Shown here piece by piece: positions 29,314-39,096 of a stretch of 64,000 bases of DNA. Each line of letters starts with the position of its first letter. Within the stretch, counting starts at the first letter, position 1. The notes under the pieces were generated by a model that did not search any database, was not told where the DNA came from, and saw only the letters and a program-made list of their open reading frames with translations. Where the stretch lies: sequence record PQ330092.1; one strand, given 5' to 3'. Made by a program: the position numbers and the translations under genes.

Positions 29314-29595
29314 ATGCGTTCATTTGAAAACTTAATAGGTAAGCATCTTTTATCTGAAATTGATGCAGACGTTAAAGAATTATCCAAATCAAAAAGTTAC
29401 ATTCATTTGGATGAACTGTTTATTAAGTACGGTGAGATTGGTTTTAAGTCATTATTTGTTTTTACTATGAAAGTACATAGTTTAAAGTACTTCGATTTGA
29501 GTTCTAAAGATGGTGAACCGAATCTATATTACATGTATTACCTTAAGAACAAAGATGAAGCTAATACATTACTCTCTGAATATATATTGGGGTAA
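29314..29595 (+). CDS. hypothetical protein (93 aa)
   Basis: AAGGA SD. Confidence 0.75.
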   Translation: MRSFENLIGKHLLSEIDADVKELSKSKSYIHLDELFIKYGEIGFKSLFVFTMKVHSLKYFDLSSKDGEPNLYYMYYLKNKDEANTLLSEYILG

Positions 29596-29597
29596 AA

Positions 29598-29936
29598 ATG
29601 GAACAATATTTTGAATTAATAAACAAAGTATCATTTTATGTAGTATCTTTGGTTTGGGTGTATTATATGTTTTGCTACATTATTGCATTCTTCCGATACA
29701 CTACTTTATATGAACGTATCTACTATGATGCCCCAATTTCATTCTTGATGTTTTGTGCATGTACGTGGGGAATATTAGAAGTACTGATATGTGGGTATAG
29801 TACTGATGAATTAAATCTGGTATCGGTCTTGACTGGGTTTTCATTTGTTGTTATGATAGCTGCCGTTCCAGTATGGTTGTTCTTTGGACTAGTTCATCGC
29901 ATTGATATATGGCGTTCTAATATCCCTGAAAAGTAA
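29598..29936 (+). CDS. 3-TM membrane protein, paralog family
   Basis: FFRY..LYERIY; ends WRSNIPEK. Confidence 0.75.
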   Translation: MEQYFELINKVSFYVVSLVWVYYMFCYIIAFFRYTTLYERIYYDAPISFLMFCACTWGILEVLICGYSTDELNLVSVLTGFSFVVMIAAVPVWLFFGLVHRIDIWRSNIPEK

Positions 29937-29945
29937 GGATTGGTA

Positions 29946-30287
29946 ATGATTTATTACACTAACATGTTTGCCTATGCTGTTGCTTGCATTTACATTGTTT
30001 ACTTCTTATTCGGTGGAGTACTGTGCTTCTTTAAGTACAAAACGTTGTTCAACCGAATGTACCCAAATCATCCAATTGTGGTTGTACTTTTGATTCTTTC
30101 AGTTTCTCAAATAATCGTTGAAACTACAATGGGTATCAGTAGTGTACATTATAGTTTTGGTACTATAGTAATTATTACTATGCTTATTGCATACATTTTA
30201 GTACTTGGATATGGTATCTTTGGTAATATTGGTATGAAAATGTATCATCGAATTAAAACATTACGTGATAATCTACCGGAGCGTTGA
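29946..30287 (+). CDS. 3-TM membrane protein, paralog family
   Basis: FFKY..LFNRMY; ends LRDNLPER. Confidence 0.75.
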   Translation: MIYYTNMFAYAVACIYIVYFLFGGVLCFFKYKTLFNRMYPNHPIVVVLLILSVSQIIVETTMGISSVHYSFGTIVIITMLIAYILVLGYGIFGNIGMKMYHRIKTLRDNLPER

Positions 30288-30288
30288 T

Positions 30289-30633
30289 ATGTATAATTTG
30301 AACCTAATCTCATATATTATAACAACACTGTTTACATTCTATGCCTTTGTTGGTATAATCCTACTGTACTTTAAATTTTATAAAGTGTTTAACCGTTTCT
30401 ATCCTTCAATGGAGAATGAGTTTTTCTTTGTGTTGTACGTAGGTTACACATTAATGGCTACATGTTTCACTGTAGCCGATGGTGTCATCGGCATTAAAAC
30501 TGATTCCCCAAATGGTAGTACGCTGGTTGCATTTATTCTTACTGGATTCCTTGCAACTTATATAGCCTTCATTACAACATGGTCAGTGGTTGAATTTCTC
30601 TTGCGACTACGAAAGAATATGCCGAATCGATAG
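30289..30633 (+). CDS. 3-TM membrane protein, paralog family
   Basis: YFKF..VFNRFY; ends LRKNMPNR. Confidence 0.75.
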   Translation: MYNLNLISYIITTLFTFYAFVGIILLYFKFYKVFNRFYPSMENEFFFVLYVGYTLMATCFTVADGVIGIKTDSPNGSTLVAFILTGFLATYIAFITTWSVVEFLLRLRKNMPNR

Positions 30634-30642
30634 GAGACATAT

Positions 30643-30897
30643 ATGTTTGCGTTGCGTAATAAAAACACTAAAGAATTATTATGTATTGATACCGTATGGG
30701 ATTGTGCGGGGTCAACTACAGTTCTTGAAGAAGGAACTGGATATTGCGTGTTTGTTGTACATGATAGGAATGAACTCGAATTATTACTTGCTGAGTTCAA
30801 TGCTGGTGGTAATCCTAACAGTACTGAATACCCTGAGATTATCAATCCAGCACCACCAGGCTCTTATGAAATTCTACAACTGTGGGAGTTGAAGTAA
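30643..30897 (+). CDS. hypothetical protein (84 aa)
   Basis: AGGAG SD; resembles 32474..32743. Confidence 0.78.
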   Translation: MFALRNKNTKELLCIDTVWDCAGSTTVLEEGTGYCVFVVHDRNELELLLAEFNAGGNPNSTEYPEIINPAPPGSYEILQLWELK

Positions 30898-31277
30898 TGC
30901 GTCAAATGCACAAAGTAACCGAGCTAAACAAGCGTCTGGTTAAACAATCAATGTTCGAGGATAAAGAGTCTTATTATAACTTTAAACGTGCTGTAGAGGC
31001 TGCTATCCACATTCAGAAGCTTAAAGAACGTGGTTGTATTATTCTGGAAAATGGGTCGGAAGTTGTAACGGATGACTTTAGTGTAGCGTTTGATGTTTCA
31101 CCTGACGGGACGCTATCAATGCCCCGCTTAGGAACTGGAAACATGACTGTTTGGGTTGGCTTCACTATGGGGAATGTACCTGGTACTGTGTACGTAGATG
31201 ATGCGGAATTGAAAGACAGTTTCAAAAACTTATCTTATCTTGAACCACAATACGCACATGAAATGAATTTATTTTGA
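30897..31277 (+). CDS. hypothetical protein
   Basis: TAATG overlap. Confidence 0.75.
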   Translation: MRQMHKVTELNKRLVKQSMFEDKESYYNFKRAVEAAIHIQKLKERGCIILENGSEVVTDDFSVAFDVSPDGTLSMPRLGTGNMTVWVGFTMGNVPGTVYVDDAELKDSFKNLSYLEPQYAHEMNLF

Positions 31278-31278
31278 G

Positions 31279-31306
31279 TTGACAAACACATTCCGTACTA
31301 TATAAT
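31279..31306 (+). promoter_or_regulatory. sigma70-type promoter
   Basis: TTGACA-16-TATAAT followed by a leader hairpin. Confidence 0.7.
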
Positions 31307-31353
31307 GCTTATCAAGGGGATGAACTTCTCATCCCTACAATCGAGGAACTACC

Positions 31354-31908
31354 ATGATTACTTTTAAGAAAACTGCTAACCACATCCATGAAATCTACAT
31401 TAACGGTCACAAAGCTGGCCTTCTTCGTTTACTCGCCCATCACCCTGATGCTACCGTATCTGATAATGAACCTAAAGATTGGCGTGTCTTTTTCTTTGGA
31501 AAGTACAGTGATTTTCAAGTATCAAACCTGAAGAACATTCGTTCAGTATGCACGTTAACTGAAATTAAAGAAAAGTTAGCACAAGCATTGAAAACTAATC
31601 CAGATGGTGTTCTTCCACCTGATAACTTTGTAGAGAAAGGTTATGCTTTAGCTCATTTCAAAGATGGTACTATTCAATCTATCAGTACTGAATATGAATA
31701 TCATTGGACTGAGTACTTCACTTATGGTTCGAGTAATACATTGATGGATTCACGTAGTAAATTGGAAGAAGTACTGACTCGTATGAATGAACGCGAGCGT
31801 CAGTTATATGACAAACGAGAAATGTGGAGTTCAACTTACATTGACCGTATTGACTATGTTATTATGACTCCAATCTTTGACACTGCTTACTATGATTCTT
31901 TGAAATAA
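31354..31908 (+). CDS. hypothetical protein (184 aa)
   Basis: GAGGA SD. Confidence 0.8.
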   Translation: MITFKKTANHIHEIYINGHKAGLLRLLAHHPDATVSDNEPKDWRVFFFGKYSDFQVSNLKNIRSVCTLTEIKEKLAQALKTNPDGVLPPDNFVEKGYALAHFKDGTIQSISTEYEYHWTEYFTYGSSNTLMDSRSKLEEVLTRMNERERQLYDKREMWSSTYIDRIDYVIMTPIFDTAYYDSLK

Positions 31909-31919
31909 GGATAACTTAT

Positions 31920-32096
31920 ATGAAACTACGTACTCGTAATCGACTGATGGATGCACTGTACCATGAACAGCTTTCACTGAATGAAGTGAAGCGTCAGTTA
32001 ATGTACACATATCAGTTCCCCGCTCGCATTGCAAAACAACGTGCTAAAGAATTGCTGAAAGAAGCAATCGAGTACTGGGAATCTGATTCGTACTAA
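31920..32096 (+). CDS. hypothetical protein (58 aa, below track threshold)
   Basis: AAGGA SD; MKLRTRNRLMDALY..EYWESDSY fills the gap between genes. Confidence 0.7.
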   Translation: MKLRTRNRLMDALYHEQLSLNEVKRQLMYTYQFPARIAKQRAKELLKEAIEYWESDSY

Positions 32097-32100
32097 CATT

Positions 32101-32472
32101 ATGAATATAGATTTGAAAGGTGCAACCCGAACTGTTATCCTCATTGGGGAATATGCTATCAAGATTCCAACCTTTAAAAGTTGGAAGCTATTCTTAACAG
32201 GGATGATAGCTAACCTCAATGAACGTTCGTGGATGCAGTACTCCAATCGTAGTGATAGTAGTATCTGCCCTACGTTGTGGTCATCATGTACTGGACTAGT
32301 AACTGTACAGAAACGTTGTAAGCCAGTACAACATAGGGGTTTATTTTGGGTGGAGTTGTGTGCTTTAGCATTGAATTCAGAGTTAAGTACTGACTTCTTC
32401 TATTCAGATGCGAAGCCAGAAAACTTTGGGTATCTGTGTGGTAAGTTAGTTAAACTTGATTATGGAGATTAA
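32101..32472 (+). CDS. minimal protein-kinase-like protein (123 aa)
   Basis: KGATRTV, YAIKIP, ANLNE, DAKPENFG, LVKLDYG. Confidence 0.6.
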   Translation: MNIDLKGATRTVILIGEYAIKIPTFKSWKLFLTGMIANLNERSWMQYSNRSDSSICPTLWSSCTGLVTVQKRCKPVQHRGLFWVELCALALNSELSTDFFYSDAKPENFGYLCGKLVKLDYGD

Positions 32473-32473
32473 T

Positions 32474-32743
32474 ATGTACGCACTGTATAATAAAGAAAAG
32501 AAACGATTTGCTAAGGTTGAAATTTCGATTGATACATTTGATATGTTGGAGTACTGTATTGTAACGGACCTATATGCTAACTTGTATTACGTTCTTGATG
32601 ACGTATCAGTACTGCAACGATTGCTTGAGAATTCCAAAAGTCAATGCCAAGGCATCCATGATGGTTCATCTTATGAAACACCTGAGTGTTCCTACGGCTA
32701 TCTGGACGGGTATGAGATTGTGAAGTTGGGGATTGTTGAATAA
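32474..32743 (+). CDS. hypothetical protein
   Basis: GGAG SD before ATG 32474. Confidence 0.75.
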   Translation: MYALYNKEKKRFAKVEISIDTFDMLEYCIVTDLYANLYYVLDDVSVLQRLLENSKSQCQGIHDGSSYETPECSYGYLDGYEIVKLGIVE

Positions 32744-32755
32744 ATGGATTAAACA

Positions 32756-33169
32756 ATGAAGAAGTGTATCACGTGTAATATTGAAAAAGACATTAGTGAA
32801 TTTGGTATAAGAAAAGATACTGGGAAACATAGAAATACATGCAAAGGTTGTAGTAATATTACCAGTAAGAAAACCAGAAATAAAAAAACTGATGTCAAAA
32901 AACTTGAAGAAATCAAAAGAAAAAATAAAGATTTCATGACCAGAGTTAAATCATTTTATGGTTGTAGTATTTGTATGATGAAGTATCCAGAATGTTTAGA
33001 CTTTCACCATCTTGACCCTAATACCAAAGAACATACACCAAGTTCTATGTTCAGTAAAAGTCGAGATGTTATAAAAGATGAAATTCGAAAGTGTATGATT
33101 CTTTGTTCTAATCACCATCGCATGGTACATGCTGGTAGACTATGTTTAATTGAAAGAAAAAAGGGTTGA
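32756..33169 (+). CDS. HNH (homing-type) endonuclease
   Basis: CxxC pairs; CSIC..LDFHHLDP..CMILCSNHHRMVH. Confidence 0.85.
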   Translation: MKKCITCNIEKDISEFGIRKDTGKHRNTCKGCSNITSKKTRNKKTDVKKLEEIKRKNKDFMTRVKSFYGCSICMMKYPECLDFHHLDPNTKEHTPSSMFSKSRDVIKDEIRKCMILCSNHHRMVHAGRLCLIERKKG

Positions 33170-33195
33170 CTACGGTCAGCCCTTTTTGCTATAAT
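33160..33195 (+). repeat. fused terminator-promoter element, copy 6
   Basis: AAGGGTTGAC-TACG-GTCAGCCCTTTTT-GC-TATAAT. Confidence 0.85.
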
Positions 33196-33223
33196 CATTT
33201 CATCGAAACGAGAGGATGAATAC

Positions 33224-33739
33224 ATGACACGCATTAACTTAGTACACGTTAAAGAACTTGCTGACCAACATCTGATGGCTGAATATCGTGAACTCCCACG
33301 TGTATTTGGTGCTGTACAAAAACACGTTCAAGCACGTAAGCGTGTACGTGATTTCAAAATTAACAGTACTTACCTGTTGGGTTCAGGTCATGTAACATTC
33401 TTCTACAACAAGTTATTGTACTTACAGAAGCGTCATATTGATATTGTCAACGAATGTCTGCGTCGTGGGATGAAGATTCAAAACACTGAAGTAAACGACA
33501 TTAGCGGCTTCCCTGCTGAGTTTTGTAATGACTACGCACCATCGGAGTCAGAGATTAAAATGTCTCGTGATCGTTTGATTGAGAAGCTCCAGATGAAGCC
33601 TACGTGGTATAAGTTTACTGATGTTGAATGTCCACAGTACGTTAAAGATATGCAGAACGTAAGTAGTAAGAACGAATCTAGTACTGATATGTTCGACGAA
33701 ATTGAAGAACAAATCAAAGATGAAATGAATAATTATTAA
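33224..33739 (+). CDS. denV: pyrimidine-dimer DNA glycosylase (T4 endonuclease V family)
   Basis: [42 protein letters not shown]. Confidence 0.93.
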   Translation: MTRINLVHVKELADQHLMAEYRELPRVFGAVQKHVQARKRVRDFKINSTYLLGSGHVTFFYNKLLYLQKRHIDIVNECLRRGMKIQNTEVNDISGFPAEFCNDYAPSESEIKMSRDRLIEKLQMKPTWYKFTDVECPQYVKDMQNVSSKNESSTDMFDEIEEQIKDEMNNY

Positions 33740-33777
33740 AGGAAAGTGTTGACTTCGGTTACACAAAGGAACATAAC

Positions 33778-33972
33778 ATGTTATTAGTATATTCAAAGCG
33801 TTTCTGGATTTCTTTTATTGTACTATCTCTAATCGGCTTCGGTTTGAGTATACTCTTTTCGTGGGATGAATTGGGTACATGGTATTATGAAGTCCCGTGG
33901 TACATGAAGATAGCTCCTTGTTATGCGGCATTGTTCGTGTCATTCCTTATTGTTGTCTTCAGCGAGGATTAG
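33778..33972 (+). CDS. small 2-TM membrane protein
   Basis: AAGGA SD. Confidence 0.7.
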   Translation: MLLVYSKRFWISFIVLSLIGFGLSILFSWDELGTWYYEVPWYMKIAPCYAALFVSFLIVVFSED

Positions 33973-34078
33973 TTGATGTAGTATATGCTACACCAAAGTA
34001 TTTGGATATTTTAGATATAAACATTGACACCTGTTCTATCTTTCTGTATTATGTACATCACCAAATGAGGAATACAAC

Positions 34079-34438
34079 ATGGCATCTTTAAGTGAAATCG
34101 CAGAATACAACCCACTAACAATCTCAACAATTCAACGTACAAAAACTTTTTATTTCCGTCCTGCTGATGGATGGAAACGTGGAATGAATGGTGACTATCG
34201 AGTACTGGAAGATTCACTCATCGAGCGTATCAACTATGAACTACAGAAGTATGAAGGTGTTAAAGTTGTGCGTTCAACTTCTCGTTATTTTGAGTACTAC
34301 ATTGAGTCTTCAACTGTAAATGAAAACTCATCATTCTCGGTGGACAACACTGATATTCTTCGTAATGCAGTTGGTCTGTTATGCAACATTGCAGAAGAAA
34401 TGGGCTTAACTATTACTACTATGAGTGAATTAGAATAA
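34079..34438 (+). CDS. hypothetical protein (119 aa)
   Basis: GAGGA SD; TTGACA..TATTAT promoter upstream. Confidence 0.8.
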   Translation: MASLSEIAEYNPLTISTIQRTKTFYFRPADGWKRGMNGDYRVLEDSLIERINYELQKYEGVKVVRSTSRYFEYYIESSTVNENSSFSVDNTDILRNAVGLLCNIAEEMGLTITTMSELE

Positions 34439-34484
34439 CATCAAGGATTCACTTCCCCTCCCATATTTTATATAAGGTGTAAGA

Positions 34485-35096
34485 ATGAAATTAGATGCAA
34501 AATTAGAAGAACTATTGAATACCAATAACTATGAACTTATCAATAAAGATGGGTGGAATTACCTAATTAATGATGATAATATCAAGTACAAATACTTATC
34601 AGATGATGTTATTGAATTTAAACTAATCGACAATTTGTTTGAACATAATATTCTTAGATACAACTTCAATAATAACGAATTTTCGATTGCACAAAAAGTA
34701 AATGTTTCACATCCAGTATGTGGTTTATATATGGTCCCTGATGACAGCGACGAAATTTTTAGTATATTTCCAAACTTGCATTTATTGAATCGTAAAAATA
34801 CCATTTCATATATGAATGATTTGTATTCAGGTATAATCTTCTATCCAAACGGTGATTGGGAAGGTACGTTTGATGTGGATGTTAATGATCGTATTTCTTA
34901 TATCGGAGGTGTATACCAGCATCAAACTGTAGAAAGCAATGAAAACGGTCATGTATCTAGTAATAGTGAAATTATTACTAAAAAATTCACTAACTATCAA
35001 GAGTTTGAAGCATATCTATTCCAATTAGAATCGGTTGAATCTTTCTCTGACTCAGTAGGGTCGGTTGTGAATCTATTACGTGACTACCATAAATGA
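34485..35096 (+). CDS. hypothetical protein (203 aa), distant EExxFQ family
   Basis: AAGGT SD; EAYLFQLESV. Confidence 0.75.
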   Translation: MKLDAKLEELLNTNNYELINKDGWNYLINDDNIKYKYLSDDVIEFKLIDNLFEHNILRYNFNNNEFSIAQKVNVSHPVCGLYMVPDDSDEIFSIFPNLHLLNRKNTISYMNDLYSGIIFYPNGDWEGTFDVDVNDRISYIGGVYQHQTVESNENGHVSSNSEIITKKFTNYQEFEAYLFQLESVESFSDSVGSVVNLLRDYHK

Positions 35097-35104
35097 ATAA
35101 AAAT

Positions 35105-35140
35105 AAAGGGTTGACTTCGGTCAGCCTTTTTTGCTATAAT
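35105..35140 (+). repeat. fused terminator-promoter element, copy 7
   Basis: AAAGGGTTGAC-TTCG-GTCAGCCTTTTTT-GC-TATAAT. Confidence 0.85.
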
Positions 35141-35166
35141 TATTTCATAAACTCAAGAGGTAATAC

Positions 35167-35403
35167 ATGAAACTATCTTTTATACGTTTAGCAGAATTCT
35201 TCGGTACTGATATTATTACTTTACAACAAATTGCAGACAATACTTCATTAAGTACACAAGAAGTACTTGACTTGGATGTAATTAAGTGCGATAATACTTC
35301 CATCGATTACAAAGAAGGTCTTGTCGAAAAAGATAAGATTCAGGCTAAGATTAATGGTGCTGGACGGGTTCAGTACTGGAAAGGAGTATTAAGTAATGTT
35401 TGA
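35167..35403 (+). CDS. hypothetical protein (78 aa)
   Basis: GAGG SD. Confidence 0.75.
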   Translation: MKLSFIRLAEFFGTDIITLQQIADNTSLSTQEVLDLDVIKCDNTSIDYKEGLVEKDKIQAKINGAGRVQYWKGVLSNV

Positions 35404-36514
35404 ACAGTATTATTTAAATGAAGATGGTGAAAAAGTTTATTTTCATGAAGAACTTGGTATGCGTTTTGAATGGATGAAGCCTGAAGATATAAAAAGGGTT
35501 TCAAAAGGACTCACTGCTAAGGATCATGTTGATGACATAGAAGCAAAATTAAAAAACAAAGATATTGACAATATTACTATTATTGGATTATCAGTTAAAT
35601 CATCACGTGAGTTTGGTAAAAACGGAAATAGTAATAACAATTTACTGATTATGTATAATGGGGTATTGTATGATAATTATAAAATAACTGGTTTAAAAAC
35701 AAAGCTTGAAAAAATAACAAACAATAAATTCAAGCCATCATTTACCTATACAGATGAAAATTATTATTACTATGTAACCAAATTGGGTTCTCTTGAGGAA
35801 AGAGGATGCTATATATATGAAAATGAACATTTAGACAATGGGATAATGTCATATATTAAATTCACATATTCCGATGGATTTACACAACCACGAAGAATAA
35901 ATGATATAATTACAAAAAAATCAATGAACGTTAGATATTTTATAACACCTGAAATGCGTGAAACAATTGCTAACACACGCTGTAATGAACTAGGATATAC
36001 ATTAAAAGAAGTTTACAAGAAATCAAATGGTCGTTATTATGTAAAATATATATGTGATAAAGGACACGAGTGTAATCAAGACTATTATGCGTTTACTAGT
36101 AAACAAGCACAAAAATGTGGATGCTGTTCCCAATTAGAAACACACTCATTTGGTCATAATGATTGTAAAGAGTTTTTGAGAGGAATGTTTGTTACTGAAA
36201 GAGAGAAAACATTTCCTGATTTAAAAAATAAATCAAAACTTCCATATGATTTTTATATTCGTGATATTAATACGTTATTTGAATATGATGGTAGTAATCA
36301 CTTTGAAGAACGTGAATCAGGATGGGGAAACGGACTTATGAGGAAAAAACACGATAAAATCAAAACAGAATACGCAATAAAAAATGGATATAACTTCATT
36401 CGTATTGCGTATTATGAAGACCATATTGGAGCATTGAAATCTTTCCTTAAACTCATTGAAGAGAATCCAGGAAAGCAAATCGTGCAGATCTATGGTGAAG
36501 TACAAATTATCTAA
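35396..36514 (+). CDS. Vsr/DUF559-like (Hef-type) putative homing endonuclease
   Basis: YxCxxGH..CxxC Zn motif; LPYDFYI..FEYDGSNH..DKIKTEYAIKNGYNFIRI. Confidence 0.7.
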   Translation: MFEQYYLNEDGEKVYFHEELGMRFEWMKPEDIKRVSKGLTAKDHVDDIEAKLKNKDIDNITIIGLSVKSSREFGKNGNSNNNLLIMYNGVLYDNYKITGLKTKLEKITNNKFKPSFTYTDENYYYYVTKLGSLEERGCYIYENEHLDNGIMSYIKFTYSDGFTQPRRINDIITKKSMNVRYFITPEMRETIANTRCNELGYTLKEVYKKSNGRYYVKYICDKGHECNQDYYAFTSKQAQKCGCCSQLETHSFGHNDCKEFLRGMFVTEREKTFPDLKNKSKLPYDFYIRDINTLFEYDGSNHFEERESGWGNGLMRKKHDKIKTEYAIKNGYNFIRIAYYEDHIGALKSFLKLIEENPGKQIVQIYGEVQII

Positions 36515-36518
36515 AACA

Positions 36519-36554
36519 AAAGGGTTGACTTCGGTCAGCCCTTTTTGCTATAAT
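36519..36554 (+). repeat. fused terminator-promoter element, copy 8
   Basis: AAAGGGTTGAC-TTCG-GTCAGCCCTTTTT-GC-TATAAT. Confidence 0.85.
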
Positions 36555-36582
36555 CATTTCATCAACTGAAGAGGGTAAAGAA

Positions 36583-37353
36583 ATGACCAGAGAAGCACGC
36601 AGCATTCAAATTCAGAAAAACTTCAACTCCATGATGGTTGCTCTTGAGTGTTTGCTCGATGATAGCAGTACTGTAAAAAGTATGGTTGTCAGTGGTGCTC
36701 CTGGTGTTGGTAAGACTTACACCTTGTCCCAACGTCTCCAGAAGGCTCATGACGCAGCAGAATGGAACGTAGCTACTATCAGTGGTAAGATGACTACACT
36801 GGCTCTGTACGAAGTTCTGTACAAGAATCGTCACAGCACCAACGTGTTAGTACTGGATGATATGGACAGCATCTTTGATTCTGAAGACGGTATGAACCTG
36901 CTCAAAGCTGTTTTGGATAGTGGTAAGCGTACTGTATCTTATATGACTAGCTCTAAGTACTTGAGCACTAACGGCATTCCTAATAGCTTTGATTTTAATG
37001 GTCGCATCGTATTCATTACTAACAAAGATTTAGCGTTAGATGCTAAAGCTAAAACTAAAATGTCTGCTCATTATGCTGCTCTTATGTCTCGTTCTGTGTA
37101 CGTGGATTTACAGATTCAGACTAAAAGTGATATCATGATTCATATTGAAAATGTAATGACTAAGACTAATATCCTTGCATCTAAAGGTGTTAACAGTAAC
37201 GGTAGTAAAGCAATTCTGAACTGGATGTTAAAACATGAAGATAATCTTCGTGCACCATCCCTGCGTATGCCTTTGTTGATTTCAGCAGTATATAACAACA
37301 ATCCGTATGATTGGGAAGAACAATGTGAAAACTTGTTCCTTGAGAAAATCTAA
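36583..37353 (+). CDS. AAA-type P-loop ATPase
   Basis: Walker A GAPGVGKT; Walker B VLVLDD. Confidence 0.8.
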   Translation: MTREARSIQIQKNFNSMMVALECLLDDSSTVKSMVVSGAPGVGKTYTLSQRLQKAHDAAEWNVATISGKMTTLALYEVLYKNRHSTNVLVLDDMDSIFDSEDGMNLLKAVLDSGKRTVSYMTSSKYLSTNGIPNSFDFNGRIVFITNKDLALDAKAKTKMSAHYAALMSRSVYVDLQIQTKSDIMIHIENVMTKTNILASKGVNSNGSKAILNWMLKHEDNLRAPSLRMPLLISAVYNNNPYDWEEQCENLFLEKI

Positions 37354-37362
37354 TTACATATG

Positions 37363-37391
37363 TTGACAGTACTACCATCGTGTAGTACTAT
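37363..37391 (+). promoter_or_regulatory. sigma70-type promoter for the membrane-protein array
   Basis: TTGACA-17-TACTAT; AGTACT after -35 and overlapping -10. Confidence 0.7.
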
Positions 37392-37420
37392 AACTTAATA
37401 TTCACCACCGGAGATACGAT

Positions 37421-37762
37421 ATGCTTGAGTTTTTTAATTCAGATACAATGCTTGGTATCACGCTAATTTACATGTTTGTATTCTTGTTTTATCATTCAAT
37501 TGTAATTAGTCTTTGGTATTTTAAAAGGAAAGTTGTTTTTAAATTGTATTCGTATGATAATGTACTCTTAGTAGTATATAGCATTATACAAGGTGGGTTT
37601 ATTTTATTTGGTGTGATGACATATGTGATTTACATGTTACAAATTGATAATACACCACACATTACACAATATGTTGTGTTTTCAGGACTAATCGTCTGGT
37701 TATTGGTGTGTACTCTGTATTTTATTATTAAAGCTCGTGATAACTTTAAATGGGGATTCTAA
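37421..37762 (+). CDS. 3-TM membrane protein, paralog family
   Basis: WYFKRK..FKLY; close duplicate of the next gene. Confidence 0.8.
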   Translation: MLEFFNSDTMLGITLIYMFVFLFYHSIVISLWYFKRKVVFKLYSYDNVLLVVYSIIQGGFILFGVMTYVIYMLQIDNTPHITQYVVFSGLIVWLLVCTLYFIIKARDNFKWGF

Positions 37763-38100
37763 TGTTAGAATTTTTTAAATCAGATACAATGATTAGTATT
37801 ACTTTGATTTATCTGTTTGGTTTTTTCTTTTATCATGCACTAGTTGTAGTACTATGGTATTTTAAAAAGAAAATTGTTTTTAAACTGTATCCAGTGAGGA
37901 ATTCATCACTAGTTCTTTACACACTTGTTCAAGGTTTGTTTGCAATTGTTGGTCTTATGGCACACTTAATTTATTGTGCCAATCCTCACTTGAACTCAAT
38001 CTCACAATATATTGTATTCTTTGGGTTGTTCATTTGGTTAGTTGTATACTTAATCCATCTCATTATTCATGGTAGAGATAAAATTCGCGGAGACTTCTAA
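37762..38100 (+). CDS. 3-TM membrane protein, paralog family
   Basis: MLEFFKSDTM; TAATG coupling. Confidence 0.8.
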   Translation: MLEFFKSDTMISITLIYLFGFFFYHALVVVLWYFKKKIVFKLYPVRNSSLVLYTLVQGLFAIVGLMAHLIYCANPHLNSISQYIVFFGLFIWLVVYLIHLIIHGRDKIRGDF

Positions 38101-38447
38101 TGTTTGAAGCTTATCTTGAGTTTTTAAGGAGTAGTCCAGTTGCACATTCACTTGCAGGGATTATTCTAACAACTTATGTATCATTTTGGGTAGTTATGTT
38201 TCTAGGATGGTATTTTAAACGACAATTCTATAAACGTAATGGTGAAGATTTTATGAATTCTGTCATTAATCAATCGTTGTTTGCATCAACATTGATTGCA
38301 TGTATTGTAGCAACACTCACAGGAAAGGTACTACCAGCTTTTTCCGCAGTTTACGGCACACTTGGGATGATATGTTTAACTTTTATATTGACCATTAAAA
38401 TTTGTTGTGTTATGATTGAACTTCGAAATAAGATACCGGAGGAATGA
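38100..38447 (+). CDS. 3-TM membrane protein, paralog family
   Basis: WYFKR; ends LRNKIPEE. Confidence 0.78.
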   Translation: MFEAYLEFLRSSPVAHSLAGIILTTYVSFWVVMFLGWYFKRQFYKRNGEDFMNSVINQSLFASTLIACIVATLTGKVLPAFSAVYGTLGMICLTFILTIKICCVMIELRNKIPEE

Positions 38448-38782
38448 TGGAGTACTTTATTGATTTACTGCCGTGGTATATGAAAGTTAGTACCATGTAC
38501 TATATTATTAGTGCTGGATTCTACTTTCTGATGTGGTTCTTTAAACGACCAATTTCAGTATTCATCGCTGATAACATGTTGCAATTAAAATTACACGCAT
38601 GGTTTGGTATGGCGATGATTATGCCTATTATTCACTACTCAATGATTAGTAGAGGTTTCCATTCTAATGGTGAACCAATTGTATTAGTATTCTATTGGGG
38701 TTCAACTATTGCATATGTAAGTTTGTTGTTGTTCCCAGTCGTTCATAAGTTACGTGCTAAAGTTCCTGATGCGAGGTACTAA
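38444..38782 (+). CDS. 3-TM membrane protein, paralog family
   Basis: WFFKR; ends LRAKVPDARY. Confidence 0.78.
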   Translation: MMEYFIDLLPWYMKVSTMYYIISAGFYFLMWFFKRPISVFIADNMLQLKLHAWFGMAMIMPIIHYSMISRGFHSNGEPIVLVFYWGSTIAYVSLLLFPVVHKLRAKVPDARY

Positions 38783-39096
38783 TGGATATAGTAACATTGA
38801 TTTACACGTTGTATTCATTCTATTTCATTATGTGTTGGGTTGGATTTTTATTTGTACTCAAGATGTTTGATTATGTTGAAAAACAGATAAAAGAATTTTG
38901 TATTCCTTTTATCGGTTCAACCATTATTAGTGTTTCTTGTGTGTATTTTTTGGTTTTTGATCCACCAGATAACACTGCAATGATTGACTTGATGTTACTA
39001 CCAACAACTGTTACTTTTTTATGTAGTCTGATGCCGCCGATTAGCCGTGGGCTAACCGAATTTAGACGCAATCAAAAGCGTAAACGAGGGATGTAA
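38782..39096 (+). CDS. 3-TM membrane protein, paralog family
   Basis: TAATG coupling; basic tail. Confidence 0.75.
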   Translation: MDIVTLIYTLYSFYFIMCWVGFLFVLKMFDYVEKQIKEFCIPFIGSTIISVSCVYFLVFDPPDNTAMIDLMLLPTTVTFLCSLMPPISRGLTEFRRNQKRKRGM

